Below are positions 13,321-29,700 of a stretch of DNA of 64,000 nt, piece after piece. Below the pieces are notes generated by a model. That model saw only the letters and a program-made list of their open reading frames with translations, did no database searches and was not told the DNA's origin. Source of the DNA: Eledone cirrhosa. Lineage: Eukaryota. The stretch's first letter is position 1. Each line of letters begins with the position of its first letter. The position numbers and the translations under genes are program-made. The DNA lies in the NCBI GenBank assembly GCA_964016885.1, contig OZ024741.1, positions 401,016,001 to 401,080,000 on the forward strand, in the 5' to 3' direction.

Positions 13321-16300
13321 TGTTTTGGGAGGGTCATATTGTTATAATATTGCAAAAAATAGTAGAACACACTGTTTGCGGAGGGTCATGACCTAATATT
13401 GCCAAAATTATAAAGCACACTCACTGTTAGGAGAGTGTGATGTTCTCATATTGCCAATATTGGTAAAACACACTCACTGTTTGGGGAGGGTAATATTGTT
13501 ATAACATTACCAAAAATAGTAAAACACACTCACTGTTTGGGGAGGGTCATATTTTTATGATATTGCCAAAAATATTAGTACACACTCCCTGTTTGCGGAG
13601 GGTCATGTCCTAATATTGCCAAAAATAGTAAAACACACTCACTGTTTGTGGAGGGACCTATTGTTATAATATTGCCAAAAATAGTAAAACACACTCACTG
13701 TTTGGGGAGGGTCATACTGTTATAATATTGCAAAGAATAGTAAAACACACTCACTGTTTGCAGAGAGTCATGTTGCCCTAATATTGCCAAAAGTAGTAAA
13801 ACACACTCACTGTTTGGGGAGGGTCATGTTGTTATAATATTGCCAAAAATAGTAGAAAACACTCACTGTTTGCGGAGGGTCATGTTGCCCTAATATTGCC
13901 AAAAATAGTAAAACACACTCATTGTTTGGGGAGGGTCATATTGTTATAATATTGCCAAAAATAGTAAAACACACTCACTGTTTGGGGAGGGTCATATTGT
14001 TATAATATTGCCAAAAATAGTAAAACACACTCACTGTTTGGGGAGAGTCATGTTGCCCTAATATTGCCAAAAATTGTAAAACACACTCATTGTTTGAGGA
14101 GGGTCATATTGTTATAATATTGCCAAAAATAGTAAAACACACTCACTGTTTGCGGAGGGTCATATGCTAATATTGCCAAAAATACAGAAACAGACTCACT
14201 GCTTGGGGAGTGTCATATCCAAATATTTACAAAAATAGTAAAACACACTCACTGTTTGGTGGGGGTCATATTGTTATAATATTGCGAAAAATAGTAGAAC
14301 ACACTCACTGTTTGCGGCGGGTCATATGCTAATATTGCCAAAAATAGTAAGACACACTCACTGATTGCAGAGGGTCAAATTGTTATAATATTGCCAAAAA
14401 TAGTAAAACACACTCACTGTTTGGGGAGGGTCATATTGTTATAATATTGCCAAAAATAGTAAAACAAGCTCACTCTTTCAGGAGGGTCATATTGTTATAA
14501 TATTGCCAAAAATAGTAAAACATACTCATTGTTTGGGCAGGGTCATATTGCCAAAACTAGTAAAAGACGCTCACTTTTGGGGAGGGTCATATTGTTATAA
14601 TATTGCCAAAAATAGTAAAGCACACTCACTGTTTGGGGAGGATCATGTCCTAATATTTCCAAAAATAGTAAAACGTACTCACTGTTTCGAGATGGTCGTG
14701 TTGCCCTAATATTTCTAAAGATAGTAAAACACACTCACTGTTTGGGGAGGGTCATATTGTTATAATATTTCCAAAAATAGTAAATCACACTCACCGTTGG
14801 GGGAGGGTCATATTATTATAATATTGCAAAAAATAGTAAAACACACTCACTGTTTGAGGAGGGTCATATTGTTATAATATTGCGAAAAATAGCAGAACAC
14901 ACTCACTGTTTGCAGAGGTTCATATGCTAATATTGCCAAAAATAGTAAAACACAGTCACTGTTTGCAGAGGGTCAGATTGTAATAATATTACCAAAAATA
15001 GTAAAACACACTCACTGTTTGGAGAGGGTCATATTGTTATAATATTGCGAAAAATAGTAGAACACACTGTTTGCGGAGGGTCATGTCCTAATATTGCCAA
15101 TTATAGTAAAACACACTCACTGTTTGTGGAGTGACCTATTGTTATAATATTGCCAAAAATAGTAAAACACACTCACTGTTTGGGGAGGGTCATATTGTTA
15201 TAATATTGCAAAGAATAGTAAAACACACTCACTGTTTGCAGAGGGTCATGTTGCCCTAATATTGCCAAAGTTAGTAAAACACACTCACTGTTTGGGGAGG
15301 GTCATGTTGCCCTAATATTGCCATAAATAGTAAAACACACTCATTGTTTGGGGAGGGTCATATTGTTATAATATTGCCAAAAATAGTAAAACACACTCAC
15401 TGTTTGCGGAGGGTCAAATTGTTATAATATTACCAAAAATAGTAAAACACACTCACTGTTTGGGGAGAGTCATGTTGCCCTAATATTGCCAAAAATTGTA
15501 AAACACACTCATTGTTTGGGGAGGGTCTTATTGTTATAATATTGCCAAAAATAGTAAAACACACTCACTGTTTAGGGAGGGTCATATTGTTATAATATTG
15601 CCAAAAATACAGAAACAGACTCACTGCTTGGGGAGTGTCATATCCAAATATTTACAAAAATTGTAAAACACACTCACTGTTTGGTGTGGGTCATATTGTT
15701 ATAATATTGCGATAAATAGTAGAACACACTCACTGTTTGCGGAGGGTCATATGCTAATATTGCCAAAAATAGTAAGACACACTCACTGTTTGCAGAGAAT
15801 CAAATTGTTATAATATTACCAAAAATAGTAAAACACACTCACTGTTTGGGGAGGATCATATTGTTATAATCTTGCCAAAAATAGTAAAACACACTCACTG
15901 TTTGGGGAGGGTCATATTGTTAATATTGCCAAAAATAGTAAAACAAGCTCACTGTTTGAGAACGGTCATATTGTTATAATATTGCCAAAAATAGTAAAAC
16001 ACACTCATTGTTTGAGCAGGGTCGTATTGCCAAAACTAGTAAAACACGCTCACTTTTGGGGAGGGTCATATTGTTATAATATTGCCAAAAATAGTAAAGC
16101 ATACTCACTGTTTGGGGAGGATCATGTCCTAATATTTCCAAAAATAGTAAAACATACTCACTGTTTCGAGATGGTCATGTGCCCTAATATTTCTAAAAAT
16201 AGTAAATCACACTCACTGTTTGGGGAGGGTCATATTGTTAATATTGCGAAAAGTAGTAGAATACACTCTCTGTTTGGGGAGGGTCATGTTGCCCTAATAT

Positions 16301-19300
16301 TGACAAAAACAGTAATACACACTCACTGTTTGGGGAGGGTCATATTGTTATAATATTGCCAAAAATAGTAAAACAAGCTCACTGTTTGAGGAGGGTCATA
16401 TTGTTATAATATTGCCAAAAATAGTAAAGCACACTCACTGTTTGGGGAGGATCATGTCCTGATATTTCCAAAAATAGTAAAACATACTCACTGTTTCGAG
16501 ATGATCATGTTGCCCTAATATTTCTAAAAATAGTAAAACACACTCACTGTTTGGGGAGTGTCATCTTGTTATAATATTGCCAAAAATAGTAAAACACACT
16601 CATTGTTTGGGGAGGGTCATATTGTTATAATATTGACAAAAATAGTAAAGCACACTCACTGTTTGGGGAGGATCATGTCCTAATATTTCCAAAAATAGTA
16701 AAACACACTCACTGTTTGTGGAGGGACCTATTGTTATAATATTGCCAAAAATAGTAAAACACACTCACTGTTTGGGGAGGGTCATACTGTTATAATATTG
16801 CTAAGAATAGTAAAACACACTCACTGTTTGCAGAGGGTCATGTTGCCCTAATATTGCCAAAAGTAGTAAAACACACTCACTGTTTGGGGAGGGTCATGTT
16901 GTTATAATATTGCCAAAAATAGTAGAAAACACTCACTGTTTGCGGAGGGTCATGTTGCCCTAATATTGCCAAAAATAGTAATACACACTCACTTTTTGGG
17001 GAGGGTCAAATTGTTATAATATTACCAAAAATAGTAAAACACACTCACTGTTTGGGGAGGATCATATTGTTATAATATTGCCAAAAATAGTAAAACACAC
17101 TCACTGTTTGGGGAGGGTCATATTGTTAATATTGCGAAAAGTAGTAGAATACACTCTCTGTTTGGGGAGGGTCATGTTGCCCTAATATTGCCAAAAACAG
17201 TAATACACACTCACTGTTTGGGGTGGGTCATATTGTTATAATATTGCCAAAAATAGTAAAACAAGCTCACTGTTTGAGGAGGGTCATATTGTTATAATAT
17301 TGCCAAAAATAGTAAAACACACTCATTGTTTGGGCTGGGTCATATTGCCAAAACTAGTAAAACACGCTCACTTTTGGGGAGGGTCATATTGTTATAATAT
17401 TGCCAAAAATAGTAAAGCACACTCACTGTTTGGGGAGGATCATGTCCTAATATTTCCAAAAATAGAAAAACATACTCACTGTTTCGAGATGGTCATGTTG
17501 CCCTAATATTTCTAAAAATAGTAAAACACACTCACTGTTTGGGGAGGGTCATCTTGTTATAATATTGCCAAAAATAGTAAAACCCACTGACTGTTTGGGG
17601 AGGGTCATATTGTTATAATATTGCCAAAAATAGTAAATCACACTCACTGTATGGGGAGGGTCATATTGTTATAATATTGCGATAAATAGCAGAACACACT
17701 CACTGTTTGCAGAGGGTCATATGCTAATATTGCCAAAAATAGTAAAACACACTCACTGTTTGCAGAGGGTCAAATTGTTATATTATTACCAAAAATAGTA
17801 AAACACACTCACTGTTTTGGGAGGGTGATATTGTTATAATATTGCAAAAAATAGTAGAACACACTGTTTGCGGAGGGTCATGTCCTAATATTGCCAAAAT
17901 TATAAAGCACACTCACTGTTAGGAGAGTGTGATGTTCTCATATTGCCAATATTGGTAAAACACACTCACTGTTTGGGGAGGGTAATATTGTTATAACATT
18001 ACCAAAAATAGTAAAACACACTCACTGTTTGGGGAGGGTCATATTGTTATGATATTGCCAAAAATATTAGTACACACTCCCTGTTTGCGGAGGGTCATTT
18101 CCTAATATTGCCAAAAATGGTAAAACACACTCACTGTTTGTGGAGGGACCTATTGTTATAATATTGCCAAAAATAGTAAAACACACTCACTGTTTGGGGA
18201 GGGTCATACTGTTATAATATTGCAAAGAATAGTAAAACACACTCACTGTTTGCAGAGAGTCATGTTGCCCTAATATTGCCAAAAGTAGTAAAACACACTC
18301 ACTGTTTGGGGAGGGTCATGTTGTTATAATATTGCCAAAAATAATAGAAAACACTCACTGTTTGCGGAGGGTCATGCTGCCCTAATATTGCTAAAGATAG
18401 TAAAACACACTCACTGTTTGGGAGGGTCATATTGTTATAATATTGCCAAAATTAGTAAAACACACTCACTGTTTGGGGAGGGTCATATTGTTATAATATT
18501 GCCAAAAATACAAAAACAGTCTCACTGCTTCGGGAATCTCATATCCAAATATTTACAAAAACAGTAAAACACACTCACTCTTTGGTGTGGGTCATATTGT
18601 TATAATATTGCGAAAAATAGTAGAACACACTCACTGTTTGCGGAGGGTCATATGGTAATATTGCCAAAAATAGTAAGACACACTCACTGATTGCAGAGGG
18701 TCAAATTGTTATAATATTACCAAAAATAGTAAAACACACTCATTGTTTGGGGAGGATCATGTTGTTAATATTCCGAAAAGTAGTAGAATACACTCTCTGT
18801 TTGCGGAGGATCATGTTGCCCTAATATTGCCAAAAACAGTAATACACACTCACTGTTTGGGGAGGGTCCTATTGTTATAATATTGCCAAAAATAGTAAAA
18901 CAAGCTCACTGTTTCAGGAGGGTCATATTGTTATAATATTGCCAAAAAAAGTAAAACACACTCATTGTTTGGGCAGGGTCATATTGCCAAAACTAGTAAA
19001 ACACGCTCACTTTTGGGGAGGGTCATATTGCTATAATATTGCCAAAAATAGTAAAGCACACTTACTGTTTGGGGAGGATCATGTCCTAATATTTCCAAAA
19101 ATAGTAAAACATACTCACTGTTTCGAGAGGGTCATGTTTCCCTAATATTTCTAAAAATAGTAAAACACACTCACTGTTTGGGGAGGGTCATCTTGTTATA
19201 ATATTGCCAAAAATAGTAAAACACACTGACTGTTTGGGGAAGGTCATATTGTTATAAGATTGCCAAAAATAGTAAATCACACTCACCGTTTGGGGAGGGT

Positions 19301-22300
19301 CATATTATTATAATATTGCAAAAAATAGTAAAACACACTCACTGTTTGGGGAGGGTCATATTGTTATAATATTGCGAAAAATAGCAGAACACACTCACTG
19401 TTTGCAGAGAGTCATATGCTAATATTGCCAAAAATAGTAAAACACACTCGCTGTTTGGGGAGGTTCATATTGTTATAATATTGCGAAAAATAGTAGAACA
19501 CACTGCTTGCGGAGGGTCATGTCCTAATATTGCCAATTATAGTAAAACACACTCACTGTTTGTGGAGTGACCTATTGTTATAATATTGCCAAAAATAGTA
19601 AAACACACTCACTGTTTGGGGAGGGTCATATTGTTATAATATTGCAAAGAATAGTAAAACACACTCACTGTTTGCGGAGGGTCAAATTGTTATAATATTA
19701 CCAAAAATAGTAAAACACACTCACTGTTTGGGGAGTGTCATATTGTTATAATATTGCCAAAAATATTAGAACACACTCCCTGTTTGCGGAGGATCATGTC
19801 CTAATATTGCCAAAAATAGTAAAACACACTCACTGTTTGTGGAGTGACCTATTGTGATAATATTGCCAAAAATAGTAAAACACACTGACTGTTTGGGGAG
19901 GGTCATATTGTTATAAAATTGCAAAGAATAGTAAAACACACTCACTGTTTGCAGAGGGTCATGTTGCCCTAATATTGCCAAAAGTAGTAAAACACACTCA
20001 CTGTTTGGGGAGGGTCATGTTGCCCTAATATTGCCAAAAATAGTAAAACACACTGTTTGGGGAGGGTCATGTCCTAATATTGCCAAAAATAATAAAGCAC
20101 ACTCACTGTTAGGAGAGGGTCATGTCCTAATATTGCCAATTATAGTAAAACACACTCACTGTTTGCGGAGGGTCAAATTGTTATAATATTACCAAAAATA
20201 GTAAAACACACTCACTGTTTGGGGAGGGTCATATTGTTATAATATTGCCCAAAATATTAGAACACACTCCCTGTTTGCGGAGGGTCATGTCCTAATAATG
20301 CCAAAAATAGTAACACACTCACTGTTCGTGGAGGGACCTGTTGTTATAATATTGCCAAAAATAGTAAAACACACTCACTGTTTAAGGAGGGTCAAATTGT
20401 TATAATATTGCAAAGAATAGTAAAACACACTCACTGTTTGCAGAGGGTCATGTTGCCCTAATATTGCCAAAAATAGTAAAACACACTCATTGTTTGGGGA
20501 GGGTCATATTGTTATAATATTGCCAAAAATAGTAAAACCCACTCACTGTTTGGGGAGGGTCATATTGTTATAATATTGCCAAAAATAGTAAAACACACTC
20601 ACTGTTTGGGGAGAGTCATGTTGCCCTAATATTGCCAAAAATTGTAAAACACACTCATTGTTTGAGGAGGGTCATATTGTTATAATATTGCCAAAAATAG
20701 TAAAACACACTCACTGTTTGCAGAGGGTCATATGCTAATATTGCCAAAAATACAGAAACAGACTCACTGCTTGGGGAGTGTCATATCCAAATATTTACAA
20801 AAATAGTAAAACACACTCACTGTTTGGTGTGGGTCATATTGTTATAATATTGCGAAAAATAGTAGAACACACTCACTGTTTGCGGCGGGTCATATGCTAA
20901 TATTGCCAAAAATAGTAAGACACACTCACTGATTGCAGAGGGTCAAATTGTTATAATATTGCCAAAAATAGTAAAACACACTCACTGTTTGGGGAGGGTC
21001 GTGTTGTTAATATTGCGAAAAGTAGCAGAATACACTCTCTGTTTGGGGAGGATCATGTTGCCCTAATATTGCCAAAAACAGTAATACACACTCACTGTTT
21101 GGGGAGGGTCATATTGTTATAATATTGCCAAAAATAATAAAACAAGCTCACTGTTTCAGGAGGGTCATATTGTTATAGTATTGCCAAAAATAGTAAAACA
21201 TACTCATTGTTTGGGCAGGGTCATATTGCCAAAACTAGTAAAAGACGCTCACTTTTGGGGAGGGTTATATTGTTATAATATTGCCGAAAATAGTAAAGCA
21301 CACTCACTGTTTGGGGAGGATCATGTCCTAATATTTCCAAAAATAGTAAAACGTACTCACTGTTTCAAAGATGGTCGTGTTGCCCTAATATTTCTAAAGA
21401 TAGTAAAACACACTCACTGTTTGCGGAGGGTCATCATGTTATAATATTGCCAAAAATAGTAAAACACACTGACTGTTTGGGGAGGGTCATATTGTTATAC
21501 TATTTCCAAAAATAGTAAATCACACTCACCGTTTGGGGAGGGTCATATTATTATAATATTGCAAAAAATAGTAAAACACACTCACTGTTTGAGGAGGGTC
21601 ATATTGTTATAATATTGCGAAAAATAGCAGAACACACTCACTGTTTGCAGAGGTTCATATGCTAATATTGCCAAAAATAGTAAAACACAGTCACTGTTTG
21701 CAGAGGGTCAAATTGTTATAATATTACCAAAATTAGTAAAACACACTCACTGTTTGGGGAGGGTCATATTGTTATAATATTGCGAAAAATAGTAGAACAC
21801 ACTGTTTGCGGAGGGTCATGTCCTAATATTGCCAATTATAGTAAAACACACTCACTGTTTGTGGAGTGACCTATTGTTATAATATTGCCAAAAATAGTAA
21901 AACACACTCACTGTTTGGGGAGGGTCATATTGTTATAATATTGCAAAGAATAGTAAAACACACTCACTGTTTGCAGAGGGTCATGTTGCCCTAATATTGC
22001 CAAAGTTAGTAAAACACACTCACTGTTTGGGGAGGGTCATATTGTTATAATATTGCCATAAATAGTAAAACACACTCACTGTTTGGGGAGGGTCATATTG
22101 TTATAATATTGCCAAAAATAGTAAAACACACTCACTGTTTGGGGAGGGTCATATTGTCATAATATTGCCAAAAATAGTAAAACACACTCACTGTTTGGGG
22201 AGAGTCATATTGTTATAATATTGCCAAACATACAGAAACAGACTCACTGCTTGGGGAGTGTCATATCCAAATATTTACAAAAATTGTAAAACACACTCAT

Positions 22301-25300
22301 TGTTTGGGGAGGGTCTTATTGTTATAATATTGCCAAAAATATTAAAACACACTCACTGTTTAGGGAGGGTCATATTGTTATAATATTGCCAAAAATACAG
22401 AAACAGACTCACTGCTTGGGGAGTGTCATATCCAACTATTTACAAAAATGTAAAACACACTCACTGTTTGGTGTGGGTCATATTGTTATAATATTGCGAT
22501 AAATAGTAGAACACACTCACTGTTTGCGGAGGGTCATATGCTAATATTGCCAAAAATAGTAAGACACACTCACTGTTTGCAGAGGATCAAATTGTTATAA
22601 TATTACCAAAAATAGTAAAACACACTCACCGTTTGGGGAGGATCATATTGTTATAATATTGCCAAAAATAGTAAAACACACTCACTGTTTGGGGAGGGTC
22701 ATATTGTTAATATTGCGAAAAGTAGTAGAATAAACTCTCTGTTTGGGGAGGGTCATGTTGCCCTAATATTGCCAAAAACAGTAATACACACTCACTCTTT
22801 GGGGAGGGTCATGTTGTTATAATATTGCCAAAAATAGTAAAACAAGCTCACTGTTTGAGAACGGTCATATTGTTATAATATTGCCAAAAATAGTAAAACA
22901 CACTCATTGTTTGAGCAGGGTCGTATTGCCAAAACTAGTAAAACACGCTCACTTTTGGGGAGGGTCATATTGTTATAATATTGCCAAAAATAGTAAAGCA
23001 TACTCACTGTTTGGGGAGGATAACGTCCTAATATTTCCAAAAATAGTAAAACATACTCACTGTTTCGAGATGGTCATGTGCCCTAATATTTCTAAAAATA
23101 GTAAATCACACTCACTGTTTGGGGAGTGTCATCTTGTTATAATATTGCCAAAAATAGTAAAACACACTCATTGTTTGGGGAGGGTCATACTGTTATAATA
23201 TTGCCAAAAATAGTAAATTACACTCACTGTTTGGGGAGGGTCATATTATTATAATATTGCAAAAAATAGTAAAACACACTCACTGTTTGGGGAGGGTCAT
23301 ATTGTTATAATATTGCGAAAAATAGAAGAAAACACTTAATGTTTGCAGAGGGTCGTATGCTAATATTGCCAAAAATAGTAAAACACACTCACTGTTTGCA
23401 GAGGGTCAAATTGTTATAATATTACCAAAAATAGTAAAACACACTCACTGTTTGCGGAGGGTCATATTGTTATAATATTGCAAAAAATAGTAGAACACAC
23501 TGTTTGCGGAGGGTCATGTCCTAATATTGTCATAAATAGTAACACACTCACTGTTCGTGGAGGGACCTATTGTTATAATATTGCCAAAAATAGTAAAACA
23601 CACTCACTGTTTGGGGAGTGTCATATTTTTATAATATTGCAAAGAATAGTAAAACACACTCACTGTTAGGAGAGGGTCATGTCCTAATATTGCCAATTAT
23701 AGTAAAACACACTCACTGTTTGCGGAGGGTCAAATTGTTATAATATTACCAAAAATAGTAAAACACACTCACTGTTTGGGGAGGGTCATATTGTTATAAT
23801 ATTGCCCAAAATATTAGAACACACTCCCTGTTTGCGGAGGGTCATGTCCTAATAATGCCATAAATAGTAACACACTCACTGTTTGGGGAGGGACCTATTG
23901 TTATAATATTGCCAAAAATAGTAAAACACACTCACTGTTTGGGGAGTGTCATATTTTTATAATATTGCAAAGAATAGTAAAACACACTCACTGTTTGGGG
24001 AGAGTCGTGTTGTTATAATATTGCCAAAAATAGTAGAAAACACTCACTGTTTACGGAGGGTCATGTTGGCCTAATATCGCCAAAAATAGTAAAACACACT
24101 CATTGTTTGGGGAAGGTCATATTGTTATAATATTGCCAAAAATAGTAAAACACACTCACTGTTTGGGGAGGGTCATATTGTTATAATATTGCCAAAAATA
24201 GTAAAACACACTCACTGTTTGGGGAGAGTCATGTTGCCCTAATATTGCCAAAAATTGTAAAACACACTCATTGTTTGGGGAGGGTCATATTGTTATAATA
24301 TTGCCAAAAATAGTAAAACACACTCACTGTTTGGGGAGGGTCATATTGTTATAATATTGCCAAAAATACAGAAACAGACTCACTGCTTGGGGAGTGTCAT
24401 ATCCAAATATTTACAAAAACAGTAAAACACACTCACTCTTTGGTGTGGGTCATATTGTTATAATATTGCGAAAAATAGTAGAACACACTCATTGTTTGCG
24501 GAGGGTCATATGCTAATATTGCCAAAAATAGTAAGACACACTCACTGTTTGCAGAGGGTCAAATTGTTATAATATTACCAAAAATAGTAAAACACACTCA
24601 CTGTTTGGGGAGGATCATATTGTTATAATATTGCCAAAAATATTAAAACAAGCTCACTGTTTGAGGAGGGTCATATTGTTATAATATTGCCAAAAATAGT
24701 AAAACACACTCATTGTTTGGGCAGGGTCATGTTGCCAAAACTAGTAAAACACGCTCACTTTTGGGGAGGGTCAGATTGTTATAATATTGCCAAAAATAGT
24801 AAAAAACACTCACTGTTTGGGGAGGGTCATTTTGTTATAATATTGCCAAAAATAGTAAAACACACTGACTGTTTGGAGAGGGTCATATTGTTATAAAATT
24901 GTCAAAAATAGTAAGTCACACTCACTGTTTGGGTAGGGTCATATTAGAATATTGCAAAAAATAGTAAAGCACACTCACTGTTTGGGGAGGGTCATATTGT
25001 TATGATATTGGCAAAAATAGTAAAAAACACTCACTGTTTGGGGAGGGTCATATTGTTAAAATATTGCCAAAATTAGTACAACACACTCACTGTTTGAGGA
25101 GGGTCATATTGTTATAATATTGCCAAAAATACAGAAACAGACACACTGCTTGGGGAGTGTCATATCCAAATATTTACAAAATTAGTAAAACACACTCACT
25201 GTTTGGTGTGGGTCATATTGTTATAATATTGCGAAAAATAGTAAATCACACTCACTGTTTGCGGAGGGTCATATGCTAATATTGCCAAAAATAGTAAGAC

Positions 25301-26749
25301 ACACTCACTGATTGCAGAGGGTCAAATTGTTATAATATTACCAAAAATAGTAAAAACACACTCACTGTTTGGGGAGGATCATGTTGTTATAATATTGCCA
25401 AAAATAGTAAAACACACTCACTGTTTGGGGAGGGTCATATTGTTAATATTGCTAAAAGTAGTAGAATACACTCTCTGTTTGGGGAGGATCATGTTGCCCT
25501 AATATTGCCAAAAACAGTAATACACACTCACTGTTTGGGGAGGGTCATATTGTTATAATATTGCCAAAAATAGTAAAACAAGCTCACTGTTTCAGGAGGG
25601 TCATATTGTTATAATATTGCCAAAAATAGTAAAGCACACTCACTGTTTGGGGAGGATCATGTGCTAATATTTCCAAAAATAGTAAAACATACTCACTGGT
25701 CATGTTGCCCTAATATTTCTAAAAATAGTAAAACACACTCACTGTTTGGGGAGGGTCATCTTGTTATAATATTGCCAAAAATAGTAAATCACACTCACCG
25801 TTTGGGGAGGGTCATATTATTATAATATTGCAAAAAATAGTAAAACACACTCACTGTTTGAGGAGAGTCATATTGTTATAATATTGCCAAAAATAGTAAA
25901 TCACACTCACCGTTTGGGGAGGGTCATATTATTATAATATTGCAAAAAATAGTAAAACACACTCACTGTTTGAGGAGGGTCATATTGTTATAATATTGCG
26001 AAAAATAGCAGAATACACTCACTGTTTGCAGAGGGCCATATGCTAATATTGCCAAAAATAGTAAAACACACTCACTGTTTGGGGAGGGTCATATTGTTAT
26101 AATATTGCGAAAAATAGTAGAACACACTGTTTGCGGAGGGTCATGTCCTAATATTGCCAAAAATAATAAAGCACACTCACTGTTAGGAGAGGGTCATGTC
26201 CTAATATTGCCAATTATAGTAAAACACACTCACTGTTTGCGGAGGGTCAAATTGTTATAATATTACCAAAAATAGTAAAACACACTCACTGTTTGGGGAG
26301 GGTCATATTGTTATAATATTGCCCAAAATATTAGAACACACTCCCTGTTTGCGGAGGGTCATGTCCTAATAATGCCAAAAATAGTAACACACTCACTGTT
26401 CGTGGAGGGACCTATTGTTATAATATTGCCAAAAATAGTAAAACACACTCACTGTTTGGGGAGGGTCATATTTATATAATATTGCAAAGAATAGTAAAAC
26501 ACACTCACTGTTTGCAGAGGGTCATGTTGCCCTAATATTGCCAAACGTAGTAAAACACACTCACTGATTGGGGAGGGTCGTGTTGTTATAATATTGCCAA
26601 AAATAGTAGAAAACACTCACTGTTTGCGGAGGGTCATGTTGCCCTAATATTGCCAAAAATAGTAAAACGCACTCATTGTTTGGGGAGGGTCATATTGTTA
26701 TAATATTGCCAAAAATAGTAAAACACACTCACTGTTTGGGGAGGGTCAT

Positions 26750-29700
26750 ATTGTTATAATATTGCCAAAAATAGTAAAACACAATCACTGTTTGGGGAGA
26801 GTCATGTTGCCCTAATATTGCCAAAAATTGTAAAACACACTCATTGTTTGGGGAGGGTCATATTGTTATAATATTGCCAAAAATAGTAAAACACACTCAC
26901 TGTTTGGGGAGGGTCATATTGTTATAATATTGCCAAAAATACAGAAACAGACTCACTGCATGGGGAGGGTCATATCCTAATATTTACAAAAATAGTAAAA
27001 CACACTCACTGTTTGGTGTGGGTCATATTGTTATAATATTGCGAAAAATAGTAGAACACACTCATTGTTTGCGGAGGGTCATATGCTAATATTGCCAAAA
27101 ATAGTAAGACACACTCACTGTTTGCAGAGGGTCAAATTGTTATAATATTACCAAAAATAGTAAAACACACTCACTGTTTGGGGAGGATCATATTGTTATA
27201 ATATTGCCAAAAATATTAAAACAAGCTCACTGTTTGAGGAGGGTCATATTGTTATAATATTGCCAAAAATAGTAAAACACACTCATTGTTTGGGCAGGGT
27301 CATGTTGCCAAAACTAGTAAAACACGCTCACTTTTGGGGAGGGTCAGATTGTTATAATATTGCCAAAAATAGTAAAAAACACTCACTGTTTGGGGAGGGT
27401 CATTTTGTTATAATATTGCCAAAAATAGTAAAACACACTGACTGTTTGGAGAGGGTCATATTGTTATAAAATTGTCAAAAATAGTAAGTCACACTCACTG
27501 TTTGGGTAGGGTCATATTATAATATTGCAAAAAATAGTAAAGCACACTCACTGTTTGGGGAGGGTCATATTGTTATGATATTGGCAAAAATAGTAAAAAA
27601 CACTCACTGTTTGGGGAGGGTCATATTGTTAAAATATTGCCAAAATTAGTAAAACACACTCACTGTTTGGGAGGGTCATATTGTTATAATATTGCCAAAA
27701 TTAGTAAAACACACTCACTGTTTGGGGAGGGTCATATTGTTATAATATTTCCAAAAATACAGAAACAGACACACTGCTTGGGGAGTGTCATATCCAAATA
27801 TTTACAAAATTAGTAAAACACACTCACTGTTTGGTGTGGGTCATATTGTTATAATATTGCGAAAAATAGTAAATCACACTCACTGTTTGCGGAGGGTCAT
27901 ATGCTAATATTGCCAAAAATAGTAAGACACACTCACTGATTGCAGAGGGTCAAATTGTTATAATATTACCAAAAATAGTAAAACACACTCACTGTTTGGG
28001 GAGGATCATGTTGTTATAATATTGCCAAAAATAGTAAAACACACTCACTGTTTGGGGAGGGTCATATTGTTAATATTGCGAAAAGTAGTAGAATACACTC
28101 TCTGTTTGGGGAGGATCATGTTGCCCTAATATTGCCAAAAACAGTAATACACACTCACTCTTTGGGGAGGGTCATATTGTTATAATATTGCCAAAAATAG
28201 TAAAGCACACTCACTGTTTGGGGAGGATCATGTGCTAATATTTCTAAAAATAGTAAAACATACTCACTGTTTCGAGATGGTCATGTTGCCCTAATATTTC
28301 TAAAAATAGTAGAACACACTCACTGTTTGGGGAGGGTCATCTTGTTATAATATTGCCAAAAATAGTAAAACACACTGATTGTTTGGGGAGGGTCATATTG
28401 TTATAATATTGCCAAAAATAGTAAACCACACTCACCGTTTGGGGAGGGTCATATTATTATAATATTGCAAAAAATAGTAAAACACACTCACTGTTTGGGG
28501 AGGGTCATATTGTTATAATATTGCGAAAAATAGCAGAACACACTCACTGTTTGCAGAGGGTCATATGCTAGTATTGCCAAAAATAGTAAAACACACTCAC
28601 TGTTTGGGGAGGGTCATATTGTTATAATATTGCGAAAAATAGTAGAACACACTGTTTGCGGAGGGTCATGTCCTAATATTGCCAATTATAGTAAAACACA
28701 CTCACTGTTTGTGGAGTGACCTATTGTTATAATATTGCCAAAAATAGTAAAACACACTCACTGTTTGGGGAGGGTCATATTGTTATAATATTGCAAAGAA
28801 TAGTAAAACACACTCACTGTTTGCAGAGGGTCATGTTGCCCTAATATTGCCAAAAGTAATAAAACACACTCACTGTTTGGGGAGGGTCATGTTGCCCTAA
28901 TATTGCCAAAAATAGTAAAACACACTCATTGTTTGGGGAGGGTCATAATGTTATAATATTGCCAAAAATAGTAAAACACACTCACTGTTTGGGGAGGGTG
29001 ATATTGTTATAATATTGCCAAAAATAGTAAAACACACTCACTGTTTGGGGAGAATCATGTTGCCCTAATATTGCCAAAAATTGTAAAACACACTCACTGT
29101 TTGGGGAGGGTCTTATTGTTATAATATTGCCAAAAATAGTAAAACACACTCACTGTTTGGGGAGGGTCATATTGTTATAATATTGCCAAAAATACAGAAA
29201 CAGACTCACTGCTTGGGGAGTGTCATATCCAAATATTTACAAAAATAGTAAAACACACTCACTGTTTGGTGTGGGTCATATTGTTATAATATTGCGAAAA
29301 ATAGTAGAACATACTCACTGTTTGCGGAGGGTCATATGCTAATATTGCCAAAAATAGTAAGACACACTCACTGTTTGCAGAGGGTCAAATTGTTATAATA
29401 TTACCAAAAATAGTAAAACACACTCACTGTTTGGGGAGGATCATATTGTTATAATATTGCCAAAAATAGTAAAACACACTCACTGTTTGGGGAGGGTCAT
29501 ATTGTTAATATTGCGAAAAGTAGTAGAATACACTCTCTGTTTGGGGAGGGTCATGTTGCCCTAATATTGCCAAAAACAGTAATACACACTCACTGTTTGG
29601 GCAGGGTCGTATTGCCAAAACTAGTAAAACACGCTCACTTTTGGGGAGGGTCATATGCTAATATTGCCAAAAATAGTAAAACACACTCACTGTTTGCAGA

